The position numbers and the translations under genes are program-made. The notes under the pieces are model-generated. The model worked only from the letters and a program-made list of their open reading frames with translations. It did not search any database and was not told the origin of the DNA. Shown one piece after another: positions 53,717 through 64,000 of a DNA stretch of 64,000 bases. Every line of letters begins with the position of its first letter. The first letter of the stretch is position 1. The stretch is from assembly GCA_963753345.1 (NCBI GenBank), contig CAVWBU010000031.1:53972-117971 (forward strand), written 5' to 3'. This DNA comes from an uncultured Fibrobacterota bacterium (lineage in GTDB: Bacteria > Fibrobacterota > Chitinivibrionia > Chitinivibrionales > FEN-1185).

Positions 53717-54715
53717 CTAGAACGCCTTGAGAATGGTCTGCAGCTTTGATTCCGCAAAGTCCTGAATGTCCATGCCGGCGCGGACGGCCACGGTGAAGCG
53801 GATCTTCCTTTTCGCATAGGAACGGTCGGCAGATCGGATGTTCCGGGCCGCAAGCAAATCCCTGAGCGTCCGGTCGAACACCACAAACGCCGCGAATTCG
53901 CCCTCTCTGCCGTAAGTAAAGCTGTGTCTGAAGCAGCGAATCGAGACCGCGCGGTATCGCGCGAGGTCGTTTGCGGTCCCTATCGAATCGTACACGCCGT
54001 TTATCCGGCGCCCGATGTATTCCGTGAGGGACGATTTCGCATCGTTGAGATCCATCCACACCGTGCAGTCGGCGGCGTCGGTGCGGTCGCCAAGTTCGCT
54101 TTGAAATGCCGCTTCGGCACGCGACCATTGAGCCGATTCCGGCTCGGCCAGCAGTCCCCTGGCCGCGTTTCCGGGCGCAAGACCGCCAAAAAAGAGCTTA
54201 AAAGGTTTTCTTTGGGTGAATGCCGCTCCATATTGAAAAACCGGGAACGGATAACGCGCGTCTGCCGTCACCTTCCATGAGACCCGGTCGGGCAGCGCCG
54301 AATCTGCGGTAGCCGCAAAATGCAACCCCGGAAGAAACGCCACGCTGGAGTCGGCAAGAGGCGGCACGAGAGCGCGAAACACGCTTCGTGAATAGTCGGA
54401 AAGAAAATCCGGATCGTCGAACCCCGAACGCCTGAGGCTGTCGAGCAGACTGATGCCCCGAAGGAAATTTCCGGCCTCCATGAGCCGGTCACCCTGATTC
54501 CACGCTGAAACTGGGCTGTTGGACAGATCGGCCGCGCTGGCGCGCAACGAAAAAGAAAGAACGGTCAAGGTCAGGACCGCAGCGAACGTGCGCGCCGGAA
54601 ACGGTAGGAGAACGTCCTGCGCCGCCGGGCGGCGGCGCACCACGCGGTATGCCATGCGGTGCTCCGGATTGAGACGAGTGTCTTGCTGCAGGAGAGATCG
54701 CCGGATTGGACTCAT
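53717..54715 (-). CDS. Hypothetical protein (start uncertain)
   Basis: Long ORF with signal-like hydrophobic segment; no recognised motif. Confidence 0.55.
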   Translation of the reverse strand: MSPIRRSLLQQDTRLNPEHRMAYRVVRRRPAAQDVLLPFPARTFAAVLTLTVLSFSLRASAADLSNSPVSAWNQGDRLMEAGNFLRGISLLDSLRRSGFDDPDFLSDYSRSVFRALVPPLADSSVAFLPGLHFAATADSALPDRVSWKVTADARYPFPVFQYGAAFTQRKPFKLFFGGLAPGNAARGLLAEPESAQWSRAEAAFQSELGDRTDAADCTVWMDLNDAKSSLTEYIGRRINGVYDSIGTANDLARYRAVSIRCFRHSFTYGREGEFAAFVVFDRTLRDLLAARNIRSADRSYAKRKIRFTVAVRAGMDIQDFAESKLQTILKAF

Positions 54716-54973
54716 ACTGGTTCGGCGCCGTTACGTCCTTGATCTTTGTTCACACCCGTGAACAGGATCGAAGAACCCCGCAGTCCCGCGGGACGGGGAA
54801 TCTTCCATCACTATGGAAAGAAAACATACTTATAGTCGCTCGCTGTGGGATTCATTTCCGCATCCCACTTTGTCCTGTTTTAACCTTATATTATATATCA
54901 TCAACCGACGTTCGGATCGCAGAAACCTAGGATTCCCGTCAACCCAACAATTTCAACCGGAAGGGAAAAGCCC

Positions 54974-57790
54974 ATGATCGCAAAGCGTTGTTCAGCCGTA
55001 TGGCTGCTGGCGTGCATCGCGGCAATCGCGTGTTTCTCCGAAACCTACACGCCTGAGACGGGCAACCGCGTCACCATCAACTTCGGTGCCACGCCGTGGA
55101 AATTCGCAAAGGCAAATCCGGTCGGCGCGAGCGATTCAGGTTTCAACGATGCTGCATGGAAGGACGTTGGCATCCCTCACTGCATGAACGATTCCGACAC
55201 GTTCATCAACCAGCAGAGCGGCGGGGGTGACGGGTCGTTTTACAACGGGCCGTCGTGGTACCGCAAACATTTCACCCTCGACGCGAGCTACACGGGCCGT
55301 AAGGTGTTCGTGGAATTCGAGGGCGCGCACTACGCCATCGCGGCGTATATCAACGGTCATTTCCTGGCGGGCAACAGCGCCTACAATCCCAAGGCCACCC
55401 ACGTGATCGGCTTTATCGGGTGCGTGGTCGACATCACCCCGTACGTGCATTTCGGCGGCGTGCCCAACGTGATGGCCTGCTACGTCACCAAGACGCAGGA
55501 CATCTGGAGCGATCCGCATTTTTCGGGAAGCTTTAGGTTCGGGCAGGGCAGCGGCGGCATGTTCAGGCCGGTATGGATGCACATCACCGATCCGGTCCAC
55601 GTGCCGCTCAACATCTACTCGGTGCTTAATAAATGGGGAACCTACGTTGCCACCACGGCCGCATCCGACGCGCAGGCGACAGTCCGCATCCAGACGAACG
55701 TGCAGAACGAGGGTGCGACCGACCAGACCGTAAGCCTCACTACCAAGATCGTGGACGCGACCAGCACCGTGGTGTCGTCGCTCACGAGCACCCAGACCAT
55801 TACGGCGGGACAAACGTATATGTTCGACCAGACCGCCACCATCAACAATCCGCACCTGTGGTATCCCAACGCCAGCCCGTACGGCACGCCCTACCTGCAC
55901 AAGGTTTACCACATTGTAAAGATAGGAGCCACGACCGTGGACGTGTTCGAAAGCCCGCTCGGGATCCGCACCATCACCTGGGACGCCAACTATCCCTATA
56001 TCAACGGGCACCAGCATTTTCTGTGGGGCGGCGCCGGCAGGTACGATTATCCAGCGCTGGGCACTGCCGTTCCCGAGGAGCAGCAATGGCGTGACGTGAG
56101 CCTCGTGGCCGCGTGCAACGGCAGGCTTTGGAGGCCGGGACATTCGTCGTGCAGCAAGGAATATGTGGAGGCCTGCGACGCCTACGGCGTGATGCTGGTG
56201 CAGCCGAGCGGCGAGGGCGAAGGCGCATTTTCCACAAACGGCCTGGCGGGCTACACTGATCCCACGTACACAAAGACGCTCAAGTCTGAACTGCACAGGG
56301 ATATGGTGATCCGCGACAGGAATCACCCGTCTATTCTCGCGTGGGAAGCCAGTAACGGGCCCATAGACCCGACGTTTTGCGATCAGTTACGTGCACTTGC
56401 AAAGCAGTGGGATTCCCTTACCCCGCACGTTCAGGCGGTGCGTGGTGATCCTTTCCCGCCCGGCGACCTCGCCGCATGCACCATGACCGGTTGCGAAATA
56501 GGAGTTAAGAACGCCCACCCCCTGTGCCCGTCGTGGGGCGCGGAAGCGTGGTCGCGGGGGGCGGCGCGGTTCGCCTACGATTTCGAGATCGCCCAGGCCG
56601 AGCAATATGTGCAGAACTGGAGACGCAGCATCCAGAGCAGCTGCTTCGGCCTGGTGCAGTGGTATCTTGCCGAGGAATGCGGTGAAGACGGCAACTTTCT
56701 CGAAGGACTTACAGGCACCCAGGTGAGGTCGATCGGCACCGCCATGATGGACGCCAGCCGCATCCCCAAACTGCTTTACAAAATATACACGGTCGCGTGG
56801 GACACCACCAAGCCCGCGGTGTACCTTGCCCACCACTGGAATCGCTCGGGAAGCGTGCGGGTCAATGCATTTTCCAACTGCGACAGCGTGCGGCTGTCGC
56901 TAAACGGGAGCGTCATCGGAACTCAAGCCCGTAACCCGTGGACAGGCACCGGCAACGATCAGGACGACGGCCAGAACAACATCGAATTGCCCTTTCAGGT
57001 CCATTGGGACAATGTAGCCTGGGCTGCGGGAACGCTCAAGGCGGAGGGCGTCAACAAGGCCGGACAGGTTCTCTGCACCGACCAGAAGGTGACGGCGGGC
57101 GCCCCCGCTGCGATTAAACTCACGGTCACGCCCGCGCTGGTGCGGCCGGATGGAACTGCGTTCCAGATAACCGCGAACGGTTCTGACGCCGCGTTCATTC
57201 TTGCGACCGTGGTTGACGCCAGCGGCGTGTGGTGTCCCACGGCAAACAACGATATCACTTTTGCGGTAACCGCCGGCGACGTGGAATACCGCGGCGGCAC
57301 GCAGGCATATGTTCTTAACGGCCCTCTTACCTTTCGCTCTCCGCTCGATCCTACGCTACAGGCCGAAGGCGGTTTGCAGAAGATCGCGGTGAAGTCCAGG
57401 TTCACGCCCGGTACGGTGACGGTCAGCGCATCTGCAACAGGGCTCACCACAGGCACGGCGTCCTACACCATTTACCCGGCAAAGGACATCATCACCGCGG
57501 TGGCCTTTGCCGCGCGTACTCCGGTTCTCGCTGTGCTGCCGGAAGTCCGCATCGCAACCGCGGGCGGCATCGTGAAGTATTTCATCAGTCAACCGTCCGA
57601 CGTGGCTGTCGACATCCTCAACGCGAGCGGGAAAGCCGTGCTCAGGATTCCGTGCTCGCGGCAGCTTTCGGGGTGGCATCCGGTGCTGTCCAATGCATCC
57701 GGCCGCCCGATCGGCGAAGGTGTCTACTTTGTTAAGCTTACGGTGGGCGGGCAGGTCATGGCGGCGAAGAGAGTAGTGATTGTCAGGTAA
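54974..57790 (+). CDS. Secreted glycoside hydrolase family 2-like protein with Ig-like and C-terminal secretion-type domain
   Basis: WYRKHF, VFVEFEG, LGIR, RDRNHPSILAW, LAHHWN, FSNCD.V.L.LNG; C-terminal GVYFVKL. Confidence 0.88.
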   Translation: MIAKRCSAVWLLACIAAIACFSETYTPETGNRVTINFGATPWKFAKANPVGASDSGFNDAAWKDVGIPHCMNDSDTFINQQSGGGDGSFYNGPSWYRKHFTLDASYTGRKVFVEFEGAHYAIAAYINGHFLAGNSAYNPKATHVIGFIGCVVDITPYVHFGGVPNVMACYVTKTQDIWSDPHFSGSFRFGQGSGGMFRPVWMHITDPVHVPLNIYSVLNKWGTYVATTAASDAQATVRIQTNVQNEGATDQTVSLTTKIVDATSTVVSSLTSTQTITAGQTYMFDQTATINNPHLWYPNASPYGTPYLHKVYHIVKIGATTVDVFESPLGIRTITWDANYPYINGHQHFLWGGAGRYDYPALGTAVPEEQQWRDVSLVAACNGRLWRPGHSSCSKEYVEACDAYGVMLVQPSGEGEGAFSTNGLAGYTDPTYTKTLKSELHRDMVIRDRNHPSILAWEASNGPIDPTFCDQLRALAKQWDSLTPHVQAVRGDPFPPGDLAACTMTGCEIGVKNAHPLCPSWGAEAWSRGAARFAYDFEIAQAEQYVQNWRRSIQSSCFGLVQWYLAEECGEDGNFLEGLTGTQVRSIGTAMMDASRIPKLLYKIYTVAWDTTKPAVYLAHHWNRSGSVRVNAFSNCDSVRLSLNGSVIGTQARNPWTGTGNDQDDGQNNIELPFQVHWDNVAWAAGTLKAEGVNKAGQVLCTDQKVTAGAPAAIKLTVTPALVRPDGTAFQITANGSDAAFILATVVDASGVWCPTANNDITFAVTAGDVEYRGGTQAYVLNGPLTFRSPLDPTLQAEGGLQKIAVKSRFTPGTVTVSASATGLTTGTASYTIYPAKDIITAVAFAARTPVLAVLPEVRIATAGGIVKYFISQPSDVAVDILNASGKAVLRIPCSRQLSGWHPVLSNASGRPIGEGVYFVKLTVGGQVMAAKRVVIVR

Positions 57791-57808
57791 TACGATTTGA
57801 AAAGAGTT

Positions 57809-57953
57809 GGGCGCCCCGCCGCTTCGCGGCGGCGGCCCTCCTTCCAGGCTCGGCCTATCGGCCTCGTTGCCGCCTGCCACGAAGGCCCTGCGGGCAGTGG
57901 TCAGGCGGCAATGCGCTCCAGCGCACCTTTCAGTCCTGCCTGGCGCGGGGCAG
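57809..57953 (+). repeat. Structured repeat family A, copy 12
   Basis: GGGCGCCCCGCCGC-TTC-GCGGCGG...CCTGGCGCGGGGCAG. Confidence 0.88.
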
Positions 57954-57987
57954 CGGAGCAACGCCCGCCCCTGAAGTCGCGGGTGAA

Positions 57988-58032
57988 TTCTCCCCCTTGA
58001 AAAGGGGGAGGTGCCGAAGGCGGAGGGGGATT
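57988..58032 (+). repeat. Hairpin module C
   Basis: CTCCCCCTT-GAA-AAGGGGGAG-GTGCC-GAA-GGCGG-AGGGGG. Confidence 0.85.
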
Positions 58033-58047
58033 CACCTTAGAGAAGGC

Positions 58048-58194
58048 GTTGCGGAAACGTGACGCCCGCAATGCGCAAGCGTTGCGCTTCGCGCACGTTT
58101 CCGCTGGAAGGGGTGTGGGTGCAGATCACCTCCCGCCGTTTTCCGGCGGGAGGAAGCTGCACCCCAGGGGAAACCGCGAAGCGGTTTCCCCACC
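58048..58194 (+). repeat. Structured repeat family B (B2 type)
   Basis: GCGGAAACGTG...CACGTTTCCGC-TGGAAGGGGTGTG...GGGGAAACCGCGAAGCGGTTTCCCCACC. Confidence 0.85.
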
Positions 58195-58326
58195 AGATTT
58201 CTTGGTGTTAGATCTATTTCTTTGATATATTATTGATGGATGGGGGAGTACCAATCATTTTATTCCTTCATTCATTAAACGATTAAAAGAAGCATTGTTG
58301 CCAATTAACAAAAAGGGGGATTGCAC

Positions 58327-61137
58327 ATGACAAGGAAACTGCTTGCTGTAGGCGTCGTGCTCGTAACCGCCGCATGGTGTTTCGCCCAAACCTACACAGG
58401 GGAGGCGAGCAACAGGCTTGACATCAACATGGGCATCACGCCCTGGAAATTCACAAAAGGCGATCCCATAAACGCCCAGACGGTCGGTTTGAGCGACGGC
58501 GGTTGGACGGACGTCGGCATACCGCATTGTGTCAATGAAAGCGAAGCCTACACCAACATGATAAGCGGCGGCGGCAATCAGTACGGCGGCACCATGTGGT
58601 ACCGCAAACACTTCACGCTTGATGCGGCGTATTCGGCGCGCAAGGTGTTCGTCGAGTTCGAAGGCGCGAACACCGGTGCCGCCGTGTACATCAACGGCAC
58701 GTTTATTCCCGGAAACAGTGCGATTAACCCTCTTTGCACGCACGTGAACGGCTTTATTCCCTTCGTTGTCGACGTCACGCCGAATGTGCAATTCGGCGGC
58801 GCCGACAACGTTCTGGCCGTCAAGGTGAACAACAACGGCGGCACGTATGTTGAGGCGATCTCCGGGGCGTTCCGCTTCGGCCAGGCCGACGGCGGACTCG
58901 TCCGCAAGGTGTGGATGCATATCACCGACAAGGTGTATGTGCCGGCCAACGTATACTCTGTTGTCAAGAACTGGGGGACGTGCGTGGGCACGGTCTCCGC
59001 CACGGACGCGTCCGCGACCGTCCGCATAATGACCAACGTGCAGAACGACAACGCGACGGCCCAGACCGTTACGGTCACCACAAAGGTCGTCGACGCGCAG
59101 GACAACGTCGTGTTGACTCAGCAAAGTTCACCTCAGAGCATTGCCGCGAATTCGTCGTATGTGTTCGACCAGTCGGGCACCATCACCAATCCCAAGCTGT
59201 GGTATCCGGCGAACAGCCCGTACGGCACGCCGTACATGCACAAGGTGTATCACATCGTGCAGGTCAACGGCGCGACCGTCGACGTATTCACGTCGCCGCT
59301 CGGCATTTGCAAAGTAACCTGGGACCAGAATTACCCCTATTTCAACGGGCATATGCATTACGTGTGGGGGGCGTCGGGCCGGTACAATTATCCGGCGCTC
59401 GCTTCCGGCGTTCCGGACGAGCTCCTGTGGAAGGATGCCAAGCTCGTCGCGGACTGCGGAGGGAGGGAATGGCGTCCCGGGCATTCCACCTGCACGCCCG
59501 AGTTTGTTGATGCATGCGACGCCTTCGGTGTTCTGGTCGACCAGCCGAGCGGCGACGGTGAGGGCGCGTTCCAGACCGGCAACATCACCCAGAACATCAT
59601 TACCCTTAAAATGGAGTTGCATCGCGACATGATCGTCCGCGACCGCAACCACCCCAGCATTCTCATGTGGGAGGTCACGAATGCCGGCATTGTCGACAGC
59701 CTGTCGCGGAACCTCAAGGCGCTTGCGCATCTATGGGACCCCATCATGCTCCGGGCCCAGTCCGACAGGTCGTATCTCGACGGCTGCAAGGCCGGCATCT
59801 CCGACGTCATCGAGTGTTCTTCGGCCGGCTGCGAAGCCGGGCAGAAATTGAATTCCGCGTGCACGAATTTCCCGGCCTTCGGCGCCGAGGCGTGGGACGC
59901 CGGGCCCGCCCGCGCGTCCAGGTTTGCCTGGGACTACGAACTCCAGTTCGCAGGCTCCTACCTGATAAACTGGAAAAATGCCGTGGCGGCGAAGGCCTTC
60001 GGCCTTGCGCACTGGTATCTGGCAGAGGCGCCGGGCGAGGTCGGTCCGTTCCTCGGAGACACCCGCACGGCGCGATCGTTCGGGTCGTCGATCATGGACG
60101 CGAACCGCCTTCCCAAGCTGCTTTACAAAATCTACGGCGTCGCGTGGATCCCCTTCTCGCAAAGGCCCGGCGTCGTTCTTGCGCACCACTGGAACCGCAG
60201 CGGCACCGTGCGCGTGAACGCATTCAGCAACTGTCCCAAGGTCCGCCTGCTGCTCAACGGGACCAATCTGGGAGATAAAGTACCGCTTGGGCCTTCGGGA
60301 ACCTCGGGAGACGACAGGTCTCAGACGTCGGAGACGCTGCCCTGCGAGTGCTGGTGGGACAACGTGACCTGGGCGTCGGGAACGCTGCTTGCCGAAGGAC
60401 TCGATTCAGCCGGCAACGTGGTGTGTACCGATCAGAAAGTCACCGCAGGCAACCCGGATCATATCGACCTGACCCTCGACCCCAGGCTTGTCAAGCCGGA
60501 CGGGTCGGTGTTCAACATCACGGCCAACGGCACGGACTGCGCGACGCTGCTTGCAAAAGTCGTTGACGCAAGCGACAACCTGTGCCCGACAGCGACCAAC
60601 CCCGTCACGTTTTCGGTGTCCGGCCCCTGCCAGTATCGCGGCGGCACCGATGCATTCGTAACGGACGGCCAGCCGGTCGGTTATCATTCGCCGCTCGATC
60701 CGGAGCTCTCGGCCGAAGGCGGCATGTGTCACATCGCGGTACGGTCGACCTTCACGGCGGGAGCGGTTACGGTAACGGCTGCATCTGCGGGCCTGAAAAG
60801 CGGCACGGCCTCATACACCGTTGTTCCCGTGTCCGCAGGACCCTCTTCTGTGGCCATCCCGGGAGGGGCCGCCGAATTGCGCATCGCTGCGCTGCACGGG
60901 TTCGACATCAACGGAACAACAATAAAGTATTATCTGTTGCGACCCGCTTCGGTTTCGTTTGTCATATTGTCCGCGTCCGGCAGGGTGTTGTACCAACAGA
61001 AACCGACGGCACGGGGCGTCGGTTGGACCGTTGCCAGGATTCCGGGCGGTTCGGCAATGGGCGCGGGCGTGTACTTCGTGCGTCTTGCCGTTGACGGAAA
61101 AGAAAATGCGGCAAAGCGGTTTTTTGTGCTTCGGTAA
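58327..61137 (+). CDS. Secreted GH2-like protein, paralog of 54974-57790
   Basis: Same motif order and length; RDRNHPSILMW; C-terminal GAGVYFVRL. Confidence 0.88.
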   Translation: MTRKLLAVGVVLVTAAWCFAQTYTGEASNRLDINMGITPWKFTKGDPINAQTVGLSDGGWTDVGIPHCVNESEAYTNMISGGGNQYGGTMWYRKHFTLDAAYSARKVFVEFEGANTGAAVYINGTFIPGNSAINPLCTHVNGFIPFVVDVTPNVQFGGADNVLAVKVNNNGGTYVEAISGAFRFGQADGGLVRKVWMHITDKVYVPANVYSVVKNWGTCVGTVSATDASATVRIMTNVQNDNATAQTVTVTTKVVDAQDNVVLTQQSSPQSIAANSSYVFDQSGTITNPKLWYPANSPYGTPYMHKVYHIVQVNGATVDVFTSPLGICKVTWDQNYPYFNGHMHYVWGASGRYNYPALASGVPDELLWKDAKLVADCGGREWRPGHSTCTPEFVDACDAFGVLVDQPSGDGEGAFQTGNITQNIITLKMELHRDMIVRDRNHPSILMWEVTNAGIVDSLSRNLKALAHLWDPIMLRAQSDRSYLDGCKAGISDVIECSSAGCEAGQKLNSACTNFPAFGAEAWDAGPARASRFAWDYELQFAGSYLINWKNAVAAKAFGLAHWYLAEAPGEVGPFLGDTRTARSFGSSIMDANRLPKLLYKIYGVAWIPFSQRPGVVLAHHWNRSGTVRVNAFSNCPKVRLLLNGTNLGDKVPLGPSGTSGDDRSQTSETLPCECWWDNVTWASGTLLAEGLDSAGNVVCTDQKVTAGNPDHIDLTLDPRLVKPDGSVFNITANGTDCATLLAKVVDASDNLCPTATNPVTFSVSGPCQYRGGTDAFVTDGQPVGYHSPLDPELSAEGGMCHIAVRSTFTAGAVTVTAASAGLKSGTASYTVVPVSAGPSSVAIPGGAAELRIAALHGFDINGTTIKYYLLRPASVSFVILSASGRVLYQQKPTARGVGWTVARIPGGSAMGAGVYFVRLAVDGKENAAKRFFVLR

Positions 61138-61165
61138 CCGGCATCATCTGCAGAATTGGATTACG

Positions 61166-61200
61166 GGCCTCCGTTCGGGGATGAGCGGGGGCTTTTTTAT
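61166..61200 (+). terminator. Rho-independent terminator
   Basis: GGCCTCCGTTC-loop-GAGCGGGGGC followed by TTTTTT. Confidence 0.7.
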
Positions 61201-61364
61201 TGATCAAATCCCTCTTCTACAGTGTTTTATTGAAAAATGATGATGCGGCAAATTATTGTCTGCGCAGGCAAGCGCACGGTGAACACACCGCATCGGGCCT
61301 CCGTCCTTTATTGTATTTTACTTCCTTCGCATTGTTCTTCTCGCTCGTTGACGGAACAGAACCA

Positions 61365-62672
61365 ATGGACCTTCTCCTGGACGTCCCGTCCTTTGCAAAG
61401 GTGGGCGTCTCGTTCGTCGGCATTCTTGCGGCCTACCGCCTCGGCCTCGGGCTCGGCTGGTCGATACTCCTGTTTGCGTCCGCCCTCACGCTGTGGACCG
61501 GCGCGGGCGGCCAGGGGCTTGCGTACCAGCTGCACAACCTTGCAAGGCCGGAAAGCTGGCTCCTTCTCGCGGTGATCCTCCTGCTGCTGTTCTTTACCGA
61601 GTCTCTTGACAAAACAGGAAGGATGCGGCGCACCATCGACGCGCTGTCGCTGTGGCTCAAGAGCCGCAGCATGCTGTACATGGGCCTGCCCGCGCTGGTG
61701 GGGCTGCTTCCCATGCCGGGCGGCGCGCTGTTTTCCGCGCCGCTTGTTGCCGCGGTTGACGCGGAAGACACGCTTGCGCCCGCGCACAAGGCGGCCATCA
61801 ACTACTGGTTCAGGCATATCTGGGAATACTGGTGGCCCCTGTACCCGGGCGTGATTCTTGCCATCAAGTATTCGGGGCTTCCGGCAGGGCTGTATTTCCT
61901 CATCCAGATGCCGTTTACATTTGCGGCAATCGGCAGCGGCTATTTTTTCATCGTTCGCCGCATCCGGGCGCACGACGGGCAGCGGGCCCGGGGCCTTCTC
62001 AATGCCCGCGATGCGCTGTCCACGCTTGTCCCCATCGGCATTATCGTGCTGATGTCTGTTGCGGGTTCATTTGCCCTTCCGCCGTTCGGCGCGTCAAAGT
62101 CCCTGGCAAGCCTTGTCGGAATGCTGATCGGACTGGGCCTCGGCCTAGTTGCGGTGTACTGGAAAAACTGGGCGGCGCTGGCACCTGCCTGTAAAATGTT
62201 TTCGACGAAGAGCACGTGGCACATGATGGCGCTTGTCCTCGGCATCATCGTGTTTTCTGCGGCGCTCACTTGTCCGCTTCCGGGAAATCCCGCGGCAACC
62301 CTCGTGACCACCATGCGCGACGAATTCGTACACCTTGGCATTCCGCTTCTGCTCGTCATCGCGCTCATCCCTTTCATTTCGGGCGCGGTCACGGGCGTGG
62401 CGTTCGGGTTCGTGGGCGCGAGTTTTCCCATTGTATTTGCGCTCCTGGGCGCTTCACCGCAGCTCAACGTGGTATGCGCCGCCACCACCTTCGCCTACGG
62501 GTGCGGTTACTTCGGCATGATCCTGTCGCCGGTTCACGTCTGTTTCGTGGTGACCAACGAATACTTCAGGACGCGAATGTACCGTTCATATCGCTATATT
62601 TTCGCGCCTGCGCTCGCCGTGCTGTCTGCGTGTTTGATTATGTCGTGCGCATATTATTATTTCCTGAGGTAG
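61365..62672 (+). CDS. DUF401 family membrane protein
   Basis: PALVGLLPMPGGALFSAP, INYWFRHIWEYWWPLYPG, LSPVHVCF. Confidence 0.88.
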   Translation: MDLLLDVPSFAKVGVSFVGILAAYRLGLGLGWSILLFASALTLWTGAGGQGLAYQLHNLARPESWLLLAVILLLLFFTESLDKTGRMRRTIDALSLWLKSRSMLYMGLPALVGLLPMPGGALFSAPLVAAVDAEDTLAPAHKAAINYWFRHIWEYWWPLYPGVILAIKYSGLPAGLYFLIQMPFTFAAIGSGYFFIVRRIRAHDGQRARGLLNARDALSTLVPIGIIVLMSVAGSFALPPFGASKSLASLVGMLIGLGLGLVAVYWKNWAALAPACKMFSTKSTWHMMALVLGIIVFSAALTCPLPGNPAATLVTTMRDEFVHLGIPLLLVIALIPFISGAVTGVAFGFVGASFPIVFALLGASPQLNVVCAATTFAYGCGYFGMILSPVHVCFVVTNEYFRTRMYRSYRYIFAPALAVLSACLIMSCAYYYFLR

Positions 62673-62707
62673 GGTTATGTCCCGTACATGCATTTGGGAA
62701 GGTACTG

Positions 62708-62788
62708 CCGTTCGCCCTAAGCAAAGTCGAAGGGGAACGGCCAGTTCCAGCATAACCGTTCATGCTTCGACAAGCTCAGCACGAACGG
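62708..62788. repeat. Inverted REP-like pair
   Basis: CCGTTCGCCCTAAGCAAAGTCGAAGGG ... TGCTTCGACAAGCTCAGCACGAACGG. Confidence 0.75.
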
Positions 62789-62829
62789 GCTAAGGCAGCT
62801 TGCTTGCAGGACACCATAACAGGAGGAAC

Positions 62830-63720
62830 ATGAAGAAACTGCTTGTTACCGGCGCATCCGGTTTTCTCGGGTACAACGTCTGTCTCGCGGCGCGCGGATC
62901 GTGTGACGTGTTCGGCACCTTTAATTCGCACCCTGTCGCAATTGACAAGGTGAAAACCCTGCGGGTCGATTGCGCCGACCACGACCCGCTTTCCATCGTG
63001 TTCCGCGACATCCGGCCCGACGCGGTGATCCACTGCGCCGCGTACCCGGACCCCAACCTGTGCCAGCAGAATCCGGCCGGGTCGTACCGGAACAATGTGC
63101 AGGCGTCAATCGCGATCGCCTCGCTGTGCAACCAGCAGGGAATCCCCTGCGTGTTCACGTCGAGCGACCTGGTATTCGCGGGCGACAAGCCGCCGTACGA
63201 CGAACAGAGCCCTGTCGGCCCGGTCAACATCTACGGCGAACACAAGGCGGCTGCAGAAAAAGGCATGGCCGAAGCGTATCCGGACGTCACCATCTGCCGC
63301 ATGCCGCTCATGTTCGGCGATGCGCCCGCGCCCGCAAAGAGCATTATCCAGCCCATCATTTCCGCGATTGTCGAAAAGCGCGAACTCAAGCTCTTTACCG
63401 ATGAGTACCGGACGCCCGTGAGCGGTTCCACGGCCGCGCAGGGCCTGCTTCTGGCGCTCGGAATGTCTTCCGGCCTTCTGCACCTTGGCGGAAGGGAAAG
63501 GATTTCCAGATACGACTTCGGACTCCTTGTCGCAAAGGCGCTCGGCAAAGACGCGTCAGCGATCGTTCCCGTTCTGCAGAAAGATCAGACCTTTCCCGCG
63601 CCGCGCGCAAAAGACGTGTCGCTGGTGAGTGAAAAGGCGTTTGATTTAGGATATGATCCGAAGACGCTGGAGGAACAAGTGAGAGAATTGGAATGCGTGA
63701 AGAGCGGCTCGAAGAAGTAG
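62830..63720 (+). CDS. RfbD/RmlD-like SDR (dTDP-4-dehydrorhamnose reductase family)
   Basis: AGGAGG RBS; LVTGASGFLG, HCAA, SSDLVF.G, YGEHK, FTDEYRTP. Confidence 0.88.
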   Translation: MKKLLVTGASGFLGYNVCLAARGSCDVFGTFNSHPVAIDKVKTLRVDCADHDPLSIVFRDIRPDAVIHCAAYPDPNLCQQNPAGSYRNNVQASIAIASLCNQQGIPCVFTSSDLVFAGDKPPYDEQSPVGPVNIYGEHKAAAEKGMAEAYPDVTICRMPLMFGDAPAPAKSIIQPIISAIVEKRELKLFTDEYRTPVSGSTAAQGLLLALGMSSGLLHLGGRERISRYDFGLLVAKALGKDASAIVPVLQKDQTFPAPRAKDVSLVSEKAFDLGYDPKTLEEQVRELECVKSGSKK

Positions 63721-63787
63721 ACAAGAGAGAAGAAAAGAGTTTTTGTAGGGGGAAGTACAGCCTGTCTCAAAACTCAAGAGAAGATCT

Positions 63788-63929
63788 GGGCGCCCCGCCG
63801 AAGACGGCGGCGGTTCTCCTTCCGGGCTCGGCTATTCGCCTCGTTGCCGGACCGCCCGTAGTCCCCTTCGGGGAGGGTCGGCCGGCAATGCGCTCTGGCG
63901 CACCCTTCAGTCCAACCTGGCGCGTGGCA
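63788..63929 (+). repeat. Structured repeat family A, copy 13
   Basis: GGGCGCCCCGCCG-AAGA-CGGCGG...CCTGGCGCGTGGCA. Confidence 0.85.
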
Positions 63930-64000
63930 ACAGTCATCTTTCACAATGATCTCATTGCTGATTAATTGGGGAGGGGGAGAGGATTACAGATAGGATTGAT

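Overview
Bacterial genomic window. The lineage is inferred as probably Fibrobacterota (Chitinispirillia/Chitinivibrionales-like) from gene content and secreted GH2/OmpA architectures; this was not verified by search. Positions 1-23.7 kb hold a surface polysaccharide (ABC/Wzt-exported O-antigen-like) cluster. It has a visibly AT-rich front half of methyltransferases, a GT11 fucosyltransferase and sugar-modifying enzymes, and a GC-rich back half of GT4s and a PglF/PglE/PglC-like initiation set. The rest is GC-rich housekeeping and envelope genes: zinc ABC plus Fur-family regulator, ino1, lytic transglycosylase, fabG, gltA, RluA family, Ser/Thr kinase, manC, lpxB, waaF, B12 radical SAM, OmpA, two GH2 paralogs, DUF401 and an RfbD-like SDR. 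Many genes carry single-base frameshifts, most likely assembly errors. The most striking feature is non-coding. Most of the larger intergenic gaps from 17.7 kb onward carry a family of ~145-220 nt highly structured, covarying repeats ('family A', 13 copies). These are often joined in fixed order and polarity to a second structured family ('B', 7 copies), to a hairpin module ('C') and to 7/8-mer TCAAC arrays. The same arrays flank a four-helix-bundle (IVP/Avd-like) gene as inverted blocks. Many loops are c-GNA-g triloops on one strand, suggesting folding as single-stranded DNA. No transposase, reverse transcriptase, rRNA, tRNA or CRISPR was recognised.
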